A stretch of DNA of 64,000 nucleotides from Eledone cirrhosa (Eukaryota). Below the pieces are notes generated by a model that was not told where the DNA came from, did not search any database, and saw only the letters and a program-made list of their open reading frames with translations. The translations under genes were made by a program, and so were the position numbers. Where the stretch lies: positions 73,346,001 through 73,410,000 of the forward strand of contig OZ024746.1 in NCBI GenBank assembly GCA_964016885.1, in the 5' to 3' direction. Positions 11,757 through 24,416 of the stretch are shown here, one piece after another. Position 1 is the stretch's first letter, and each line of letters opens with the position of its first letter.

Positions 11757-12682
11757 GTGTATCTTCAAAACTAAACAACAACTGAAAGATTCTGCATAAC
11801 CTCCATTTGTCTCAGAATTTAGGTTTTCCTCTTACAGTTGAAGGTTCATTTAAATGTCTTTAACTTAATTGGTGTTATATTTAATTAAGATAATTCACAA
11901 TAATCACACTTAAAAAAAGGGAAAGGCTTCAATATATTCAAAGATTTTTCAGTTACTCCGGAAGTGTTATCAAAGTTTTCCTTAAGTTTCCTATTTATTT
12001 AAGATCTTAAGATTGAGTTCTTCAAATTAACAGTTTTTTTTTATAAAACATATAACCATTACCACAATGCAATCAGCAGAAGCGACTGTGTTGTAAAGTA
12101 AAAATATTGTTTTCACACCTACCAAATGTAAAAATAAAATACAGTTTTCACACCTTCTAAACGTTAATTGTAGAATGATACAATCCGTTGTTCAACCTAC
12201 CAGTTTTATCACAAGTAACTAATATTTCTTCAACTCCTACTAAAAGTCTTCCTTCCAAATCATAATTACTTTAAATTACTATGCCAGAAATATTAAACTG
12301 TCATACCAACCAAATTAATTCTTTGCGCAAACGCTAACAAATTCTAATCTCATGAAATTAAACATCCGCTTACACCATAAAACTAAAACTTGTCTACTTG
12401 AAGGAAATTTATGCCACAAGAACTTGAATATTTTGTGACGTTCAACTAACTGACGCTTAGAATTAGTCTCATCTTGTAAAAATAGAATCTTTGCAACGTA
12501 TAAATATTTCAAATCTATTTTACTTTCTAATAGGTAATATCTTATAGACCATAAAAAAAAAAATCTTCTTGTATATTATCACATTTTAATGAAGTAAACA
12601 CTTTCAACATAAAGTAACATCCTACATTCAATACCAGGCATTACGTATAGTTTCCCTATTCTGCAATTACATTTAAGAGAAA

Positions 12683-13230
12683 CTATACAATAGTAACATA
12701 TAAATCCAGATCTTTGATTACAATGAAAATTCTAAGCTTCAGACAACTCTTCTTGCCCTTGATCCAAAGACGAAGATACTCGGTGCACATCTTGCATACA
12801 ATGTGTGGCGCCCAAACTTTATCCTGGTCATTAAGTTTCATGCCAAAATAAACATGGTAAGCACGCTTTATGAAACTTGTGACTGGATTCCTGTTAGGAA
12901 CAACGGTGTATTCACCGCAGATGTAGCAGAATACATCGGGGTTATTTTTTGCAAGACCTGGCCGAATCCATTTCATTCACCTGCAAAAGAAAAATACCAG
13001 TTAGTCAAAAGTTGGCGCATTTAAACTCTTCAGAATTCGTTTATTTAAAGAAATAAGAAAGAATTTTGCAACATATAAATAGAAAATACCCGTACATGTA
13101 AACAAAAACGTAAAAAACATCATTTGGTGATACATAAAAAGTTGAGCTAATTCAGCAAATCCAATGTAATTTTTGGATTCAGCACATCAAAATTGTCCTA
13201 AATCAATTACAAAAATGGTGTTGGCCAGTG
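12683..13230 (-). mobile_element. Chapaev3-like (CMC) DNA transposon 5' end with transposase N-terminus fragment
   Basis: NPDVFCYICGEY...AYHVYFGMKLNDQDKVWAPHIVCKMC motif. The minus-strand terminus starts CACTGGCCAACA at 13230. Truncated. Confidence 0.78.
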
Positions 13231-13399
13231 TTATATTACAGTTCACATATTTTAATTTAACAGTTGAAACCTAGATTCAATTTCTTTTAGCTACCATATT
13301 TAACTTTGCTTACATATTAAACCTCTTTTCCATAGCATTTATACGATTCTAGTTAATGTTTCCATATCTGGTTATCAAACACCACAAATTTAATTGCGA

Positions 13400-13830
13400 A
13401 CAAAAAATATTGTTTCGTATAACAAGAATGAAAATAGGTTATTCTTGAAATATATATTGGGCTGAGTCCATGTAAGTTTGTAATATTTCTCAATCAGGTT
13501 AAGTATTTTTTGGTCACATGTATTTTGAATTTTAAAGACTGATATAGTTATATATTTATTTAAACACGATCGAAAAGGCATACTTGTGTCTGAAAAAGTA
13601 GCTTGATTTGATTTTCTCATGTATTGCTTCAGATATATCGTTCTAAAGAGATAAGAAAAAGTCAGCAAAATACCCTAGTAAAAATATTCACCGTGTTTCT
13701 CACTTACCGCACTAAGGTTTTCCGGAAAATGGTGCAAGTGTAAGTCTAAGAGATGAATCGTGGATGAAATATTGCATTCAGATAGTTCTGCGACGTGGCA
13801 GAGCTCCTATAAGAACACAACATTGGTGTA
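13400..13830 (-). pseudogene. Degenerate Chapaev3-like transposase C-terminal fragment
   Basis: Minus translation ECNISSTIHLLDLHLHHFPENLSAVSEKHGEYFY* resembles the Chapaev3 CNMSxKxHFLHSHLDxFPENLGAVSDEHGERFHQ motif. Confidence 0.68.
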
Positions 13831-14246
13831 AAATCAAAGAGCAAGACACGCTAGCTGGTAACACTGTGGCATTTACAAAAACATTAGGCTCATGTCTGAA
13901 CAGGCCTAAATATGTTTCAGTCTGCACAGCCTACTGCCAGTAAAATCACAGTGGACAGTTATTCTGTGGTAATATCAGAACTTTCATCCCCAGAGGAATG
14001 GGCTATATTGATTATTTCATAAAAATGAATGCAACATACATTTTCATATTAAGATATTTAATTATAGTTATAATAATGAATATGATGTTTTCATCCGATG
14101 ATTATGCTTCATCATCCGGCGGCCTCAGCTGAAATGGATTCAATAATTGATCTCTATATGGCTCTGTCGTTCATTGCTGCTCAGCCGTTAATATGCATAA
14201 GGAAAGTATATACTTTCAGGCGTTCAATTATCTGGCAGGAAGGTAT

Positions 14247-14289
14247 ACGTTGCTGACGATAGCTAATAAGCTTGAAACTAGTACAGCGT
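14247..14289 (+). ncRNA. Minimal type I hammerhead ribozyme
   Basis: acgttg-CTGACGA-tagct aata agctt-GAAA-ctag-TA-cagcgt. Stem I 6 bp with one GU, palindromic stem III ACTAGT. Confidence 0.78.
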
Positions 14290-14526
14290 TCCTTTGTCAA
14301 TGTTGAACAAATGAGCAACGATGGTTGCTAGACACTGTACGGCTTAATTCGGGATGTTTGTTTACAAACACACCGAGCATTATAATAAATGTTCGGTGAA
14401 TCCATACGTACATATATATATGTGTGCATGTATGTATATATATATACATACTACTGTACGTCTGTATACATATATGTATGTACGTATACATACTTATATA
14501 TATATATTTACATATATATATATATT

Positions 14527-14587
<61 letters not shown>

Positions 14588-14591
<4 letters not shown>

Positions 14592-14811
14592 GTGGTTACA
14601 CAACAGTTAGTTCACCATACCGAGAACAATTGTTTCACCTGAGCGGATCCTGTTCCGTATAACCATGTCCATTACGAGCTGAGGATCCTCTAAGGTGAAA
14701 CAATTATTCTCGGTATCGTGAACTAGCTGCTGTGTAACCACTTCTACCTAACTCGTCCCATGGACTAAGTGCTCTACCACTACTGATATTACCTTCCAGT
14801 GTTCTACCACT
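14588..14811. mobile_element. Foldback pLTR-like insert in (TA)n (family C) with hammerhead at 14675-14712 (+)
   Basis: 14588-14650 is the reverse complement of 14683-14746. cgag-CTGAGGA-tcctctaaggt-GAAA-caatta-TT-ctcg. Same family as 21905-22005. Confidence 0.78.
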
Positions 14812-15566
14812 ATATATATATATATATATTAAAGTGTTAAACAATATTCAATGAGTATGTCAAGGAATGAGTTTTACATTAGATTGGAAGCACTCTACGG
14901 TAAAATAATTTTCCGGAGTTATTAATATTAAAATACAAATATTAATAAAATAGATGTTCTTTTGATCAATTACATTTTATTATACATATTTCGGATGTAT
15001 AACAGTACGTCCTTATCAGACAAAATATAATGATACATGACATACCCTGAGATGTTAAATGGTTAAGATGTAATCAAGGTAGTGATTAACCTAAGAGAAA
15101 ATTTAACATTTATACCCTAATTATGAGAAAATGCGAAAACGTAATAAATTCAATAGAGGATGTGTGAGTAAGAAAAACGTTGCTTAATGTAACAGTCATA
15201 GAGATTTTAAAATGTATGATACTACAATTTATCTATGAAAACATCTCATGAATCATAACAGCCAGTGATAGCCCCTGGAAAAGGATTAATAGAGAGGGAA
15301 AGATAAGGGGGGCGGTGAATATGCAGAAGGAGATTTTTCCCGAAAGTTAAACGGTTAATTTTGAAAATATTTAATTTATAATTTTAGGGTGAGAATCAAG
15401 ATATCGGGATTTTTTTGCTGATTAATTATATATTAGTTTTATAAATTCTATAAGTGTATTAACATTTCTAAACTTCTGAGTTTTATGAGGGTAACATTTA
15501 AAGGATTTAGCTGGCACATCAAGAATTAAATTTTATACTGTTGATTATTTTCCTAAATTTAAACTT

Positions 15567-16190
15567 TAACAAAGATACCAACATATTATGTATGTAAAGC
15601 TTTTGAAGTACTTATTGTTAGAAATATTTAAATAACGATTATGTATATAGATATATATTAATGAGACAATATATTTTAGGTAAATAATAACGACGAATAT
15701 AAATAAAATAATAGATTGAGGTATGTTAAGTTTAAATTACACCTATATATAACTGGGTATAAATGCATTAATTATTCTTTAACGAAGATACCAACATATT
15801 AAGTATGTAAAGCTTCTGAAGTATTTATTGTTATAAATATTTAAATAACGATTATGTATATAGATATATATTAATGAGCCAGTATATTTTAGGTAAATAA
15901 TAACGACGAATATAAATAAAATAATTGTTTCTACTTTAGGCACAAGGCCAGCAATTACCCAGTGCGTTACTGGTACTTTATTTCATCGACCCGGTAAGGA
16001 TGAAAGGCAAAGTCAACCTCGGCGGGATTTGAACTCAGATCGTAAAGGGACGTAACTATGCTGGAAATCATGGCGTCCGACCCTCTACCGATACTGCCAA
16101 TCCACCGAATATAAATAAAATATTAGATTGAGGTATGTTAAGGTTAAATATACACCTATATATAACAGGGTGTAAGTGCATTAATTATTC
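15567..16190. repeat. Tandem duplication of a ~212 bp AT-rich unit, second unit interrupted by a SINE
   Basis: taac(a/g)aagataccaacatatt... repeats at ~15567 and ~15780. Confidence 0.8.
15924..16106 (-). mobile_element. tRNA-derived SINE with 16-bp TSD
   Basis: Flanked by GAATATAAATAAAATA at 15908-15923 and 16107-16122. Confidence 0.9.
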
Positions 16191-16754
16191 TTATTTCAGA
16201 GTATACATAATCAATAAATTTGGAAGTTAACTAAAGATTATGTATAGGAAGATATAGGGAGGTATATATATAGATATATATTAGGTATTAGTGGTGCAGT
16301 ATACTTTAGGTAAATGATAAGGGTTATAATTTTATAAAATAGAGTTCAACGTGTTACATTTAAATACATATATATATAAGAAAAACAATAATAAGTGCAT
16401 GGTTAATTCAGAGTTCAAAATAATGTCTATAATAATTTTTTAGTTTGGATATTTTCTCTATATTTGAATCATGTATATAGAAATTTGGTAGGTATATTTA
16501 AAAATATATAAAAATAATATATAATTACATACATATTATAATACATTATATTATAAATAAGAGATGAAAAACGCACCAAAAATTCACATTTATATATAAG
16601 TTTGAATCTGTTTTAAATTTTAGATTTTAAAGTGCAGTAGGTATATTTAAAAATATAATTACATACATATTATAATATACTATATTATATTATACTATAA
16701 ATAAGAGATCAAAAACACATTAAAAATTCACAGTTATAGATATATATATATAGG

Positions 16755-16790
<36 letters not shown>

Positions 16791-16795
<5 letters not shown>

Positions 16796-16972
16796 ATGTT
16801 TGACCCCGACAGCAGAGCTCAAGCCGTTTCGACGGCCATTTCTGAGTCCAGAAACGGCTTGCGCTCTGCCGTCAGGGTCAAAAGTTTTCCTATTACCCAC
16901 TCTACTACCCTAAGTATTGAGTACTCTGGTGCGTTATAGTCCATTTTGTTCCTTACCACACCTCGTTCGTTA
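16791..16972. mobile_element. Foldback pLTR-tail insert in (TA)n (family A; also 4872-4927, 17252-17338, 59412-59550, 61321-61497)
   Basis: gaaaatgtttgaccccgacagcagagctcaagccgtttc is inverted against gaaacggcttgcgctctgccgtcagggtcaaaagttttc. Shared tail tattacccactctactaccctaagtattgagtactct...ttcgtta. Confidence 0.8.
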
Positions 16973-17016
16973 TATATATATATATATTATAATATTATAT
17001 ATATATATACACTTAA

Positions 17017-17087
<71 letters not shown>

Positions 17088-17109
17088 GGAAGCTATCCTT
17101 ATTTATATA

Positions 17110-17159
17110 ACAGGCTGAATGAGTTGGGGTGAATAATCCAACGAAACTTAAGTATCTGT
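17110..17159 (+). ncRNA. Minimal type I hammerhead ribozyme (one extra nt in core)
   Basis: acagg-CTGAATGA-gttgg ggtgaataat ccaac-GAAA-cttaag-TA-tctgt, within a 150-bp insert flanked by (TA)n. Confidence 0.72.
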
Positions 17160-17351
17160 ACATGTCATTGTTGTAACAAATTATATTTTACTCGTCCTAT
17201 GGACTGGGTGCTCTTACCCTTAGATATTTAAGTATATATATATATATATATATTCCTATTACCCACTCTACTACCCTAAGTATTGAGTACTCTGGTGCGT
17301 TATGGTCCATCTGGTTCCTTACCATAACTCCTTCGTTATATATATATATAT

Positions 17352-17955
17352 ACCAATGAAGGTTGGAAGATCACTGATGAAGGACTAATTTTATTCATAT
17401 GTAACCTATGTGCAATCACGCAGCACTCCATTTTCCTTATATTTATATTTTTTCCTCAGCTGCGATTGTCTGTTTCTTTCTTACTGCCTCCCCTCTCTCT
17501 GTATCTCTCACCTTCTTTTTACCCCCCTCTGCCAGTCACACTCTCTCTCAGCTGGCCTCTTACTCGCACTTCCACTCACTCACTCTCTGCTTCTCCCCCT
17601 CTCTCACTCCCTCCCGTTTGACCTGTGTGGAATCCTTTTCTCGCTCACATCTCACCCATATCGGATGGTCTGTATCTCTCGTCCATGATTTCACCAAGCT
17701 TAAGCTTATAGATATCATGTACTTGTCTCTTCCTATCTTTCCGTTGCAATACCATCTTTGTTTGTTTACATGTCTCGCTCGTTTCACCCTATTTTACTTG
17801 TCCCAATAACTTTATTTAGTTATTGCTCGCACCAACCAGGGGTATATGATTTTTAAAGCGATGAAATACCAATGAAGGTTGGAATATCACTGATGAAGGA
17901 CTAATTTTATTCATATGTAACCCATGTGCAACCACGCAGCACTCCATTTTTCTTA

Positions 17956-17960
<5 letters not shown>
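17352..17960 (+). mobile_element. Non-coding ~515-bp unit present as ~1.2 tandem copies between (TA)n tracts (family D)
   Basis: taccaatgaaggttggaa.atcactgatgaaggactaattttattcatatgtaacc repeats at 17351 and 17867. Related to 32022-33078. Confidence 0.7.
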
Positions 17961-18030
<70 letters not shown>

Positions 18031-18426
18031 TTAAACACGCACACATGCACGCATAATGTGTGTATGTATTTATGTATATACACACACTTTTACATACATT
18101 TCCTACTTAAAAGATTTTATAACGTATTATATATTATTTGAAATTTTATTTGTTTTAAACAATGCTTCAATGTATGCCTCCATACGTCTGAATTAATTTA
18201 CACCCCTTACTATCATCATTAACGTTACAAATCACAGACTATTTTAACTAAAAGAAAAATGTTTTACTTATTCAGCAATACAGTTAGTATTAATTTTAAT
18301 TATCTTGTCAAGTTTAAATTACCTTGTCAAGTTGACCTTAGGCCCTTTAGTTTCTTTGTTTGTTTTTTAATTAAAATAACTTATGCTTCTGTAATTCCGA
18401 TTTGATCTTATGTTATTCATATTTCA

Positions 18427-18466
<40 letters not shown>

Positions 18467-18684
18467 TTAACTGCTCTGTGTGTAATTTAATTCAGCCGTA
18501 GAGCAGATCATTTATATACAAACGGAAAATATTTATTTAGTCTAAAATTTGCCACATGCCATTTTAACTTTAGAAAGCTTTCGACAGATTTTGCATACAG
18601 GCAAAGAGAAATTTTACATTGCTTATTTAAATAATACCCGTCTTTAAACTTTTTATATAAAGCACACATACATAGATACACACG

Positions 18685-18762
<78 letters not shown>

Positions 18763-19469
18763 TGTGTACGAATGTATGTGTGTGTGTGTGTTTGTATGTA
18801 TATATGTGCATGTAAGTGCGTATGTATGTCTAGGTACACATTGGTATATTGAATTCTATTTCGCTTTATGATTATTGTATTTGTCTTCGTATTCGTTGAA
18901 AGGCTATATTCGGCAATTTCCTCTTACGGATTTAACTTTCTATTTATCTTGTTCGATTTCGTTTGTTTCATTCACTCCGTGTATTTAAAGAATATAATTT
19001 TTGAATGTCTAGTACACATACATAAATTATCAGATAGCCATGCTAACAATTTTATGAAACATTTTAAAGCCGCAGACATATACAATATATGTAATAACTA
19101 CCTCACATAAACACACACACACACACATTTATATCCTCATGACACACCTCGTCTGCCGTACCTATTTACATACACATTCACTTTTAAATGACTATTGTTT
19201 CAAACTTGAATGAAATTTCGCTATCAAGTATGAAAATGAATCATATATTCGAACTCCGATTCAAGCTCTTTGTTTTTCGTTTAATTTTTAAAATATGCTG
19301 ACGTTGGTTAATTGAAAAGTTTTACTTCTCTTTCATTCTGATTTTACCAACAATAAATTAACTATTAATAATAAAACATTTATATCCTTTTTCCATCTAT
19401 TTGACGGCGTTTTCAGCTCCCAGGCAAATATATTTCATTACAACAATCTCAAAATCTTTCAATCAGGCA

Positions 19470-19640
19470 CATCCATGTTTTAAAACGAATAAAAAACACC
19501 GTGAAGAAAAAGTGATGAACCAGCTCAAAGCACCTCAAAAGCCAATATTCACCAAAGGAAAGTTATGCTGTCAGTCTGGTATGATGTAAACGGTGTGGTT
19601 TATTTTGAGTTGCTTCCAAGGAACCAAACTTACTAGCATA
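19470..19640 (+). pseudogene. mariner transposase fragment
   Basis: Translation KANIHQRKVMLSVWYDVNGVVYFELLPRNQT matches the mariner KxMLxVWWDxxGVxYxELL motif. Confidence 0.75.
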
Positions 19641-19964
19641 GCAGCCGACGGCAAAAACATTAGTAGTATTGAGAATACCTTACAGTGGATAATTCACAGC
19701 CTCAGACATGTGAAAGAACGCTTTAATTTGAAACCAAATAACAAACTACATTTAGCCAATGTTCATATATTCTTTTCCGAGTTTCAGTCATTAGGCTGCG
19801 GTCATGCTGGAATACCATCTTCATTTAGTCAATCAATTCAAATTCAGTACTTATATTTTCAAGTATGACGCATACCATCTATAGCATTTTATTTTATTTT
19901 TTTCGAAACGCTACGTTATAGGACAGATACAAAGGTAAAAATGTACATGAACATACACACACAC

Positions 19965-20032
<68 letters not shown>

Positions 20033-20137
20033 TAAACAAAGTTTCGTACGCTTAACTTTGGTTATACTAAATAAGCTCTCTTGCAACAGATTGAGCAATT
20101 TTCCTTGACCTTTCATCTACGGATTTCTACATCCCCA

Positions 20138-20239
<102 letters not shown>

Positions 20240-20389
20240 ACGTACTGTCAATCAAATCCACTCCACTCACAATGCATTCGTCAGTTCGAGGCTATAGTAG
20301 AAGACATGTCCAATGTGCCACGCACCAGGACTCAACCCAGAACAACCTTGTTGTGACGTGAACTGTTTAATTACACTGAGGTAGGTGTG

Positions 20390-21090
20390 ATATGATCACT
20401 GCTAAAAATACACATAACGAAACATATCTTTGTTTATTTTAAGTGGTTGTTTATTTTAAGTGGTTTGAAGTGTCTGGGAACTGTTCTGTCTACACTAGAT
20501 GATCCAGGAAGCGTATACATGAGGTTATTTACATGGTTCAAGAGTCTATTGAACAGAGCCGAAAACGATCGCTGCACAGGAGAAGCCAAACATTAGGTCT
20601 CTCCACAGAAACTTGCAGAAGGGATTTCAAAGAGGATCTTAAGAAGTACCCCTACAGATTACAGACTAAACAAAAGCTATTAAGAACAAGAGAACAGCTA
20701 TGTTTGAGAAAATGCTGTAGAAGATGGAAAAAAAAACCGATTTTCTGAATCTGTTGTTAACCTCTGATGAATCCCGCTTTCACTTAAAGGGAAATATCAG
20801 CTCTAAGAACAATGAGTTCGGGGTATTGAAGAAACCCACTGAAGTGGCTGTGAAACATTTCTACACAGCTAAATGCACCGTCCGAACTGTCATTTCTGAG
20901 AGAAGGTTGAGTGCCCATTCTTCTACAGTCACAAAGGAACGTTATGTGGAAGTCCTGGAAGACTTCAACAAGGAGATACAGACCATGTACCCTAGTGAAT
21001 AAGTTCTGGTCCCAGCAAGACGGAGTAAGCCCTCACTCCTACAATAAGTCTCGAGAATGGCCGAAAATAAGTTTGGAAATTATGTGATCA
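20390..21090 (+). pseudogene. Frameshifted Tc1/mariner-superfamily (rosa/maT-like) transposase
   Basis: SLHRRSQTLGLS...DLKKYPYRLQTKQKL, then TSDESRFHLKGNISSKNN, TVTKERYVEVL and a WSQQDG-like segment in shifted frames. Confidence 0.75.
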
Positions 21091-21111
21091 GTTTGTATAT
21101 ATATATATATC

Positions 21112-21187
<76 letters not shown>

Positions 21188-21249
21188 ATCGTGTGTGTAT
21201 ATATATAACGTGTATATATATATATATCGTGTATCACTTCTCTACATTC

Positions 21250-21315
<66 letters not shown>

Positions 21316-21930
21316 GGATAACAAATTATCGTTATAGGTAATCCAGTTAGAAGTTGTGAATACTCCGTATTGAGGATAGTTTTAATGTACGGCGTTGTTT
21401 GACTCAACAAGAGGTTTCCTTTGTTAGGTTGCGAGTTCTCGGGAATTCCTATGCAGGTTAATCTTGGAGTAATAATAATGAAAGAGTGAAGGATAACATA
21501 GTCAACAGTACAAAAAGGGTTTATTTACAGTATTAACAATTGTTTCATTGATTAGGTTGTCTAAAAATTGCTAATCACTTGAAGTTGTGCCACTCAATTT
21601 TAAATACAATGTATGCCTAATCAAATCATCGGAAAAACTGATTAAAATTATACACGGCATTTGTAATATACTATGAAAATTCAAATCACAACATCAGTAA
21701 TAAAGAAAGAAAAAGAAAAAAAGAAAGAGAGAGAGATAACTACAAAGCTCCGGATTGAATAACAACAACACTCTAATTTTCTAATTAACTCTAACATTTT
21801 ATTCCGGACATTCGCAGTTATCTCCCTTACACCTTTCGCCCGTGGTTTTGCATCGCTTGGGTGAAGTGACCGTTTCTGCGTATGCGCGTTCATACGGTTG
21901 TTCTTCCTGTTCCGTATAACCATTACCAGT

Positions 21931-21971
21931 CCGAGCTGAAGATCCGCATACGGGGAAACAATTGTTCTCGG
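21931..21971 (+). ncRNA. Minimal type I hammerhead ribozyme (family C)
   Basis: ccgag-CTGAAGA-tccg cata cggg-GAAA-caattg-TT-ctcgg. All stems pair. Confidence 0.85.
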
Positions 21972-22395
21972 TATGGTGAACTAACTGTTGTGTTACTACT
22001 TCTATATATATATATATATCATATATATATATATATTTAATAATATATGTAGTATAGTGTTAATTACAGGATATCAATATGAATTATTAACTCTGCCTTT
22101 TATTTGTATATATATATACACAATGAAACAAAATGTATATGTAAAATAAAATGTATATATACAATGAAAAAAAAAGGTGATGATAGGTGCTTAATAAGCA
22201 CTTCATTTTCATTGTTCAAAAAATATATATATAACTCTGTAGCTTATTTAGAATTGACAATGGAATCTTATGTGATGAAAGCCTACTACAAAGACAATAG
22301 CTCTCACCGCATATCTTCGGAAGTATCACTTCAAGACTGCATGGAATTCTAACAACGTTATTGGGCCTACTATAAAAAGGTAGATAATAATAACA

Positions 22396-22590
22396 ATAAT
22401 AATAATTGTTTGTACTTTTTGGCACAAGGCCAGCAATTACCCAGTGTATTACTGGTACTTTATTTTATCAACCCCATAAGGATGAAAGGCAAAGTTAACC
22501 TCGGCGGGATTTGAACTCAGAATGGCAAGGACCTCTCTATGCGCCAAAGCATGGCGTCCGACCCTCTACCGATACTGCCAATCCACCGCC
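22396..22590 (-). mobile_element. tRNA-derived SINE
   Basis: Full reverse-complement copy of the SINE consensus. Confidence 0.85.
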
Positions 22591-22740
22591 ATTAATAATA
22601 ATAGTAATAATATATATATATATGTTTGTGTGTGTGTGTGTGTGCGTGTGTGTGATCTATACATACATATATATATATATGTATGTATAGATAAGAAATG
22701 TATAATCTGTATAGATAAGAAATGTATAATTTGTTAATTA

Positions 22741-23091
22741 AGCCCCCATATTAACTGTAAAACTAGAAATGTAGTATATAGCATAAGATGTACTGAAGGA
22801 CAATGTAGAGATAGAAATATAGTGTACATAGGTGAGACAGCTCGTAGTATAAGGGAACGGATAAATGAACACTGGCGAGACCTTCAAGATAGTAAAGAAT
22901 CATCTGTACTCTACCAACATGCTAAAATAGAACATAAGGGTAAATTAGAGAACATAGAAATAAAAATAGAATCTACACACAGAAAAGACGCAATGTTTAG
23001 ACAAATCACAGAGGCAATAAACATAAACGAACTCCAACCAAAATTAAATAGAAAACATGAGTGGAACAGCAACATCACAACTTACAATTAA
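22741..23091 (+). pseudogene. PLE GIY-YIG endonuclease 3' fragment (non-Naiad; Neptune/Nematis-like Cys linker)
   Basis: In frame CIIC*LSPHINCKTRNVVYSIRC...C...VYIGETARSIRERINEH...RQITEAININELQPKLN. Followed by a pLTR to 23482 and then (TA)n. Confidence 0.85.
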
Positions 23092-23292
23092 GGACAAAAT
23101 GAAAACACACACACACATAGAACAAACAACCAACCAGTAACATGTAAATAAACAAATAAATAAACGAATATAAACACACACAGATACCCGGATGTAACAC
23201 ATGCGCAAACTAAGCACACAACACACACACAAAAACAAGATGGCGTAGGACAGAACAAGGGAGAGGCACAAAAACAAAGAAAAGAATCCCCA

Positions 23293-23335
23293 GTCACTGA
23301 AGAGGTCACAGAATGTGTGACGAAAGAACTTTGAC
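23293..23335 (+). ncRNA. Minimal type I hammerhead in the pLTR downstream of the GIY-YIG fragment (family E)
   Basis: gtca-CTGAAGA-g gtcaca gaatg tgtgac-GAAA-gaac-TT-tgac. Confidence 0.78.
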
Positions 23336-23477
23336 AATATATAAACAATCATCTGGTTGTGGAACCAACCAACCGGAAATTTATAAATTCCTAAATTTAT
23401 AAATTTATTATAATAAATTGAAGTGAAAGCAACTGGTGCGTGTGTTTCTTATTGGCAACATGACCCTCCCAAAGCAT

Positions 23478-23554
<77 letters not shown>

Positions 23555-23596
23555 GTTGTTTTGTGCGTGTGTGTCAATGATTTTGCGTGTGAGGGT

Positions 23597-23628
<32 letters not shown>

Positions 23629-24416
23629 ATCATTTTCATCGTGCATAGAAGTAGAGCTGCAAAACCTAAGCAAGAGTAAAACTCAAAGAAAGAGATATAA
23701 TGTGGAAATATGAAACAAGTATGAAGAATATATAGAATAACTATTGCGGTCGTGCCCTTGGCAGTGGAGCCTTGTGGTGTCCTTGGCCCTATGGCTACCT
23801 CCCTACTCATCACCATAGGCGCTGAGCTCGCCAGCCGAAGGTGTGAGCCTCGCGAGATGGAATGGCTCTTCTAGCGCATCGTCCTTACCATTCTCCGGGC
23901 AAACGCCTTCTCCATTCTGTCTGTCGGGGTTGTGGGGAAGCCAGCACGTGGGACCCCATTTCCTCACCATACAAAGAGATGGGGAGGGAGAGAGAGATGG
24001 AGGCCATGTCAGTGGGAGTTCAGCTCTTCCACGATCGGACCATATCCTTGTGGCTGTGTTCATTATCTATATAGAAAATTTACACGTATAAATATATAAA
24101 TATTGTGCAAAGTAAAAATAGAACTGAGTTAAAACTTGCGTTTAAACAACACTAAGGAAAATATTACCTGGCTAGGAAAATTAAAAGAACAAAAATAGAT
24201 GAGTAATGAAATCATATCAAAATATTGGAAGTAATAAAAATAAATATTAATATAATTCAAGATAGAAATAACAGACCAAATAAAGACATCTATTTTGAAT
24301 GTATGTATGGTCCCGTAACTCTTGATAGAATCGTAGGGACGCCGTATTGACTTACGGCGTTTCTTGGTCATTTTTTAAACCTCGCGGAGCCCAACTCTCT
24401 CCAGAGAGAGGAAGAA

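Noticed and set aside
13708-13806. 99-nt minus-strand segment with apparent ag/gtaagt splice sites (host exon?)
   Set aside because: The translation continues through the 'donor' as AVSEKHGE, matching a Chapaev3 transposase motif, so it is a transposon fossil.
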